In this document: piece by piece, positions 58,777 through 64,000 of the stretch
How the letters are laid out: every line of letters begins with the position of its first letter
Position numbering within the stretch: the first letter of the stretch is position 1
DNA from: Desulfobacterales bacterium
Lineage (GTDB): Bacteria > Desulfobacterota > Desulfobacteria > Desulfobacterales > JAIPEE01
NCBI GenBank assembly: GCA_021737275.1
Contig: JAIPEE010000015.1
Coordinates: 12,772 to 76,771 of the forward strand
Direction: 5' to 3'
DNA length: 64,000 bases
The notes under the pieces: model-generated
What the model saw: the letters and a program-made list of their open reading frames with translations, nothing else
Database searches by the model: none
What the model was told of the DNA's origin: nothing
Made by a program: the position numbers and the translations under genes

Positions 58777-59347
58777 CACCAGCTATGCTGGTGCGAACCT
58801 GATAGGCTCTGCCGGTCAGGCGTGATATACCTCCTTCCCGAGAGCCCCGGAAGGCAAAAGAGAAGGAGGTAATATGAGAAATTACAAGAGTTTATCCCAT
58901 GTAAGATGGGAATGCAAATATCATGTTGTATGGGTTCAAAATACAGAAGGAAAAAGCTATACGGCAAATTAAGAAGAGGGTTTGGAACAATAATAAGGGA
59001 TTTATGTAAACAAAAAGGCATAGAGAAATTATAGAAGGTCATGCGATGTATGACCATGTTCATATGTGTTTGAGCATACCTTCCAAGTATAGCATTTCAC
59101 ATGCAATCGGTTTTTTGAAAGGGAAAAGCGCCATAATGATACACCGGGGGCATTTTAGGAATATGAAAGATGGTAAATCCTTTTGGGCGAGAGGTTATTT
59201 TGTAAGTACAGTTGGTCTGGATGAAAAAACAATCAGAACCTATATCAAGAAACAAGAGCAGTCTGAACAGCGTCAGTTGGAGTTTGAAACCGAGATAAAC
59301 TAAAGCCCCTTTCAGAGGCTCTCCTCAAGCTACCAGCTATGCTGGTA
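58777..59347 (+). mobile_element. IS200-type (IS200/IS605 family) insertion sequence, decayed
   Basis: Sub-terminal hairpins caccagc-tat-gctggtg (58777-58793) and taccagc-tat-gctggta (59331-59347) flank a Y1 transposase gene. An RBS-sequestering stem cctccttc (58830-58837) / gaaggagg (58862-58869) is present. Confidence 0.8.
58874..59303 (+). pseudogene. tnpA: IS200 Y1 transposase TnpA with two -1 frameshifts
   Basis: Frame A gives MRNYKSLSHVRWECKYHVVWV. Frame B from about 58939 gives KYRRKKLYGKLRRGFGTIIRDLCKQKGIE. Frame C from about 59020 gives EIIEGHAMYDHVHMCLSIPSKYSIS...GYFVSTVG. Each segment is shifted by one nt. Confidence 0.8.
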
Positions 59348-59612
59348 GTCTGTGACTTATTGATATCAGACAGCTGAGAATATTGTTGACAATGATTTAT
59401 TTTTGCAATAAAAAAATTAGTTTTTAAGAGCCATTTCCAAAAAATAATAATTCAGTAATATTGAAGTAAACATTATAGTGGGTTGTTAAGCTGTTTTCTG
59501 CTTTATATACGCAGAGCGGCAGAAACACATTTGGATTTCCATGCGCATATTCGAATAGATATATTCATATAATATACATGAAGCATATGGAAATTTTAGA
59601 AAGGAAGTTATT

Positions 59613-60491
59613 TTGAAACGAATATTATTATTTTTGATTTTAGTTTTTTGCTTTTCAATATTCAATACATTTGCAGAGCAAGATTGTGAAATATGTCCAT
59701 GCGAAAAGGAAAAACAGCAATCTCCTGAAAACCAAGCTACTTTTCCAGATAACTTTAATACACCATCTGAAACATGCCAAGATGAAAATGCAATACAATT
59801 TATTTCCTCCAGTGATCAAGAAGTTGGAGTAAACGGAGGGGCAACAGTAACAGTAAGTAACGGATCGGGAACATCCTTAACATGGGAACTTGATGGCACG
59901 GGATTTCAACTCTTAGAGCCTTCTGACGGCACTCCAAATCAGATGGTGGTAGTCCCCGATACTGGAGCTTGTGAAGGTGTAACTGTCCGGGTTAGAAGAT
60001 CTGATTGCCCTGATGATTCTGGCGCAGAATGGTTTGTGAGATATACTGGAGGAAGTGGACAGTGGGAAGTTGTAGATCCTCCAAGGGTCGAATTGACAGG
60101 TCTTCCTGACGAAATTGATTCTTGGGGTAATTATTATAAAACCTTGGGGAAATATAAACAAAAGGTTCATTATACTTTTGGGGGTGGTGGTGGATCATGT
60201 TGGGATCCTCCTGGTGATTGCGGTCAAGAAAAATATGAAAATGCTTCATATTGTGCAAGACAAGACTTGAGTTTTTATGTTCATCCTACATTGGGTTGCA
60301 CTGAAATACTTACTGTATCCGGATTTGATGGGTGGGATATTCAGGAACATCCATTTTATTATGATCTCAATTGTAGTGACACTCCACAACTTGTTTGGGG
60401 GGTAATGCGAGTTATGTGTACTTATAATTATTCCGTATGTTATACAGGAAGTATAGATTTATGGGAGTGGGAAGAAACTTGTTCTCAGTAA
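59613..60491 (+). CDS. Hypothetical secreted Cys-rich protein
   Basis: TTG start with AAAGGAAG upstream, signal peptide MKRILLFLILVFCFSIFNTFA, and 16 Cys in the mature part. No recognised family. Confidence 0.5.
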   Translation: MKRILLFLILVFCFSIFNTFAEQDCEICPCEKEKQQSPENQATFPDNFNTPSETCQDENAIQFISSSDQEVGVNGGATVTVSNGSGTSLTWELDGTGFQLLEPSDGTPNQMVVVPDTGACEGVTVRVRRSDCPDDSGAEWFVRYTGGSGQWEVVDPPRVELTGLPDEIDSWGNYYKTLGKYKQKVHYTFGGGGGSCWDPPGDCGQEKYENASYCARQDLSFYVHPTLGCTEILTVSGFDGWDIQEHPFYYDLNCSDTPQLVWGVMRVMCTYNYSVCYTGSIDLWEWEETCSQ

Positions 60492-60679
60492 AAAATATTA
60501 TGCAGTATCCCAAGATACATTACCATATTTGTGTTGTGGTATTGTTAGCGTTATATGAAAGTTTTTCCCTAAATCTTTATTAAAATAATTCTAACAAGCC
60601 TTACATTTTTAAAAAGCTTTTAAATATTTAGATGCATCCAATCTTTTGGAGATTAATTTATCATAAGGAGATAGTGAAA

Positions 60680-61513
60680 ATGAAAAATACAAATTGGTAT
60701 AAAATATTGATCTACAGCTTGACAGTTGTATTGTTGCTATCAGGGTTAGTATGGGCAGACTCCATTGACGGGAATTTAACACTTAACAGAACACAGAATG
60801 TAGATCAGATACGCCGGTTGACGATTGAAGGTGCCCAAAACAACGGTACAAACCCCTATGCCAGTGTAAAATTTAAAAACTATGACAAGACTAACACCAC
60901 TGATTATATTGGTGCAACAATTGAGGCATTTAGTAAAAATGGTCTGGAAAGCGGCAATCTGGTATTTTCCACAAAAGATGAAACTCCGGGTTTACTTACT
61001 GAAAGAATGCGAATTGGGAAAGATGGTACTGTTAATGTAATTGGAACATTAACTTCTGCAGAAATTGATGTGACCGGAACCATCTCTTCCAATGACTTGG
61101 CCGTAGCAGGTGTAACAACATCCAATTCGCTGGATGTAACTGGCCTGATTACATCCAGCGAATTAACGGTTGCCGGCAAGATAACTGCGCAGGAGATTGA
61201 AGTAACCGATGTGGGAGATTGGCCTGATTATGTCTTTGGAGATGATTATGACCTTCTTCCTCTTCTTGATCTGGAAGCCTATATCAATCAAAACAAACAT
61301 CTCCCGGGTATGCCGTCTCAAGTAGAAATCGAGGAAGAGGGTTTGAATATATCAGGCATAGTGAAAATTCAGATGGAAAAGATTGAAGAACTTACGCTTT
61401 ATATAATTGAGCACAAAAAAGAAAATGATGCACTTAAAGAAGAAAGCGACAAGCTCAAAGAGCAGATGAGCGTAATTGAAAAACGCCTGTCCGCTCTGGA
61501 AGCAACTCGTTGA
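60680..61513 (+). CDS. Fibre-like surface protein: 11-residue repeats plus a conserved C-terminal domain and coiled coil
   Basis: AAGGAG lies 8 nt upstream. N-terminal hydrophobic segment, then five 11-aa repeats (SAEIDVTGTIS/SNDLAVAGVTT/SNSLDVTGLIT/SSELTVAGKIT/AQEIEVTD), then WPDYVFGDDYDLLPL..LEAYINQNKHLPGMPS and a heptad-rich tail. Confidence 0.55.
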   Translation: MKNTNWYKILIYSLTVVLLLSGLVWADSIDGNLTLNRTQNVDQIRRLTIEGAQNNGTNPYASVKFKNYDKTNTTDYIGATIEAFSKNGLESGNLVFSTKDETPGLLTERMRIGKDGTVNVIGTLTSAEIDVTGTISSNDLAVAGVTTSNSLDVTGLITSSELTVAGKITAQEIEVTDVGDWPDYVFGDDYDLLPLLDLEAYINQNKHLPGMPSQVEIEEEGLNISGIVKIQMEKIEELTLYIIEHKKENDALKEESDKLKEQMSVIEKRLSALEATR

Positions 61514-61577
61514 TAACAGCCATTTAAAAATAATTATAATAACTGAATTGGGTTTGGCTAATATTAAGGGATCAATC

Positions 61578-64000
61578 ATGAAAAAAAACATACTTCTTGT
61601 TGCAGCACTTCTTGTTTGCAGTATGTTCATCGTAATGACTGCTGTTGCCGCAGATCTGTTGCTGTTCGGCCCACTGGATAGTGGCGTGTATATCTCTGAC
61701 GGTAATATTCTTACAGATGAAACAACTGGATGTACCATCGCTTCCGGCAACCACGTCCAGTTTGTGACTAATAGCAGCATTTTTCTCAAACCCGGTTTTC
61801 AGGCAAGTAGTGGAAGTTATTTTACAACATATGTTAATCCGGCTGATTCGATTGATGTGGATGATGACGGACTTGATGATTCATGGGAGCTTCTTTATTT
61901 CGGACATCTGGGTTTCGGGCCGGATGATGATAATGACAATGACGGATTAACCAACTACGAAGAGTATTTCTATGGGTATGACCCTACGGACAGCAACTCC
62001 TATCCGATTCCGATAGTTAATTATGAAGACTATAAGGATATCGGTTATGGTGTTTCTGATAATGAACAGCAGGGCGGCGGCGGACTTATTTCAGGTAATG
62101 TCCGCATATTCAACGGTAATGCCCTGGAATTCAGAACAGATCTTAACTTTCCATCCCCAAACAGTATGGGGCTCCCCTTTAATGCATTTTACAACAGCAA
62201 ATCAGATATAAGTGGTATTCTCGGTTATGGCTGGACGCATAGCTACAGTGCAAGTCTTACACCATCTGTAACAATTGGCGGGGTAAACTATATCAAAATT
62301 ATCGATGCCACCGGAAAAGGTTATTATTTTTTGCAAAACGATGGAAGTGGCGCCTTTAATGAACACTCAAGTGTTGAAAATATTTCAGGCGAATATTTAT
62401 GGACACGTCGAGATGGTACACAACTCAACTTTAATTCATCCGGTAAACTGACCTGGATGGATGATGAAAAAGACAACCGCATTACCATCTCTTATAATGC
62501 CGGTAATAATCTGCAAAGCGTAACTGACAACGCAAGCGGCCGCATAATGACTTTTCATTACGATACAGACAATCTTCTTAAAAAGATCAGTATGCCAACC
62601 ACCATTATCGATGGTACGGATGACTTCTGGGTAACTTATGGCTATACAGATGGGAACCTGACATCTGTAAGTTATGCAGACGGTTCCGGTATAATCTATG
62701 AATATAATGACACTAACGATACTCATAACCTGACGGCCAAAAAGACAGTTCTGGGGCATGCCCTGAATGAATGGGGATATGACCATGTTGATCGAGCCAC
62801 CAGTGTGACCAGGCAGGGACGCACAGATGTTATCGATTATTTCAGCGGTGATACGGTTTATGTTAATGACGCCTATGGTAATATTTTAACATATACGATC
62901 GGGGTTGTGTCTGGTATGCATCGCGTGACCGCACTTGCTGGTATTGGCGCAGAATCTAGACCAAATGATGTTATCGAATGGGCATATGATCCGGCAAATA
63001 TGAACCTCAACAGAGTTGATTTGCGTAATGATACAGCAATCGCTTACAGCAATTTTGATACTAATGGAAATGCGCAGCAGATTGATATTTTTGGTAGAGA
63101 TGGTATGATCAAGCGGACCATAAACTTCACCTGGCACTCAGTCATAAATTCAGTCTTAACTCGATCAGAGGCAAGTGTGCTTGGTTCTGGAGACAAAGAA
63201 ACCATCTATGATTATGATGATGATTATAATACCACTTACAATGAAAGCCCGACATCAAAAATTCATCAAATTATTGAAAAAGGATTTTCATATAATGATG
63301 CCGGTTCTGTAGTAACTTATACAAGCACAAGCAAAATGGTTTATAACAGCAAGGGGCAGGTCACATCTTTGGATGGTTTCAAAAATGGTACAGGAGATAC
63401 CTATCTTTTTACCTATGACATTTCAACCGGTAATCTGCTCACAATCACACAACCAATCATAGGAATTACCACAATATCTGATTATGATAATACCGGCTTA
63501 CCATCAACAATTACAGATGTTAATAATCAGGATACCCTTTTAGCCTATGATGGCAGAGGGCGTAAAATTTCAACCACACATGATGCTGATAGTAGTGTAT
63601 TCAGTACGGTTTATAATATTGCCGGATTACGGGAGAGCACGACAGACGAAGACGGAGTTTCACGCACTTACTCGTATGGTAATAACTATGGTCGATTGGA
63701 TTTAATCATTGACCCCAAAAACAATTACATAGATTTTGAGTATAATGATCAGGGGGATTTGGAAGAGAAGATTTATCTTGATGAGTACAGTTCCTTGACT
63801 AGATGGCAAGGGTTCAGTAATGCTCATCCGGAAATTCCCGGTAAACTGTGGAAAGAGATTAATCATGACGGTACCTTTAAAGAATATGATTACAATGCAA
63901 CTACAGCAAACCTTGAATCTGTTACGGATCCCAGTAATAATACGACAACAATTGAATACGATACATTAAACAATTTGTGGAAAGTGACTCAGCCCGGAAG
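61578..64000 (+). CDS. RHS/YD-repeat protein, 3'-truncated by the window edge
   Basis: My own translation from the ATG at 61578 stays open to the end of the window; this ORF is absent from the ORF track. It has a signal peptide, a Dx[DN]xDG-type acidic motif (DVDDDGLDDSWELLYFG...DDDNDNDGLTNYEEY) and many YD repeats (TYGYTDGNLTSVSY, FTYDISTGNLLTITQP, LAYDGRGRKIST, FEYNDQGDLEEKIY, IEYDTLNNLWKVTQPG). Confidence 0.85.
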   Translation, partial: MKKNILLVAALLVCSMFIVMTAVAADLLLFGPLDSGVYISDGNILTDETTGCTIASGNHVQFVTNSSIFLKPGFQASSGSYFTTYVNPADSIDVDDDGLDDSWELLYFGHLGFGPDDDNDNDGLTNYEEYFYGYDPTDSNSYPIPIVNYEDYKDIGYGVSDNEQQGGGGLISGNVRIFNGNALEFRTDLNFPSPNSMGLPFNAFYNSKSDISGILGYGWTHSYSASLTPSVTIGGVNYIKIIDATGKGYYFLQNDGSGAFNEHSSVENISGEYLWTRRDGTQLNFNSSGKLTWMDDEKDNRITISYNAGNNLQSVTDNASGRIMTFHYDTDNLLKKISMPTTIIDGTDDFWVTYGYTDGNLTSVSYADGSGIIYEYNDTNDTHNLTAKKTVLGHALNEWGYDHVDRATSVTRQGRTDVIDYFSGDTVYVNDAYGNILTYTIGVVSGMHRVTALAGIGAESRPNDVIEWAYDPANMNLNRVDLRNDTAIAYSNFDTNGNAQQIDIFGRDGMIKRTINFTWHSVINSVLTRSEASVLGSGDKETIYDYDDDYNTTYNESPTSKIHQIIEKGFSYNDAGSVVTYTSTSKMVYNSKGQVTSLDGFKNGTGDTYLFTYDISTGNLLTITQPIIGITTISDYDNTGLPSTITDVNNQDTLLAYDGRGRKISTTHDADSSVFSTVYNIAGLRESTTDEDGVSRTYSYGNNYGRLDLIIDPKNNYIDFEYNDQGDLEEKIYLDEYSSLTRWQGFSNAHPEIPGKLWKEINHDGTFKEYDYNATTANLESVTDPSNNTTTIEYDTLNNLWKVTQPG

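Overview
64 kb chromosomal segment of a roughly 40% G+C Gram-negative bacterium. lptD, a type II secretion system (T2SS), TRAP transport, a ferredoxin and the intergenic repeat style suggest a Desulfobacterota-like lineage, but that is inference only. 1-37.5 kb is densely packed housekeeping: the rpsD-rpoA-rplQ end of the alpha operon, a GGDEF protein, a TRAP transporter, eno, pyrG, metG, PSP1/RicT, holB, an IHF-like protein, a NusG paralogue, lptD, surE, a YhaM-like RNase, tmk, RNase J and ftsK. Two unusual loci sit inside it. The first is an envelope operon: a short PBP, a DegT aminotransferase, an Fe-ADH (KdnA/KdnB-like pair) and a 1230-aa GlmS-like protein with large insertions. The second is a single ORF fusing cysteine synthase to a CysRS-like domain whose HIGH and KMSKS motifs are degenerate. 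37.5-40.9 kb is a visibly G+C-richer island carrying an APC amino-acid permease and a non-pyrrolysine MttB-family methyltransferase. 40.9-43.4 kb holds orphan genes in AT-rich DNA. 43.4-58.3 kb (minus strand) is a T2SS operon, gspG-H-I-J-K-L-M-N-C-D-E, with no gspF or gspO. An in-frame TAG splits gspH, and a ~70-nt element recurs four times around the pseudopilin genes. Four envelope genes trail the operon: an exported YidD-like protein, a TPR membrane protein, an LpoB-like lipoprotein and a TPR lipoprotein. 58.4-64 kb is accessory DNA: an 11-nt x7 tandem repeat, a decayed IS200-type element, a Cys-rich secreted protein, a fibre-like protein and a 5' portion of an RHS/YD-repeat protein that runs off the window. 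No rRNA, tRNA or CRISPR array was seen. The best candidates for something undescribed are the CysK-CysRS-like fusion, the GlmS-like/KdnAB-like envelope operon, and the atypical T2SS locus with its private repeat element and trailing envelope module.
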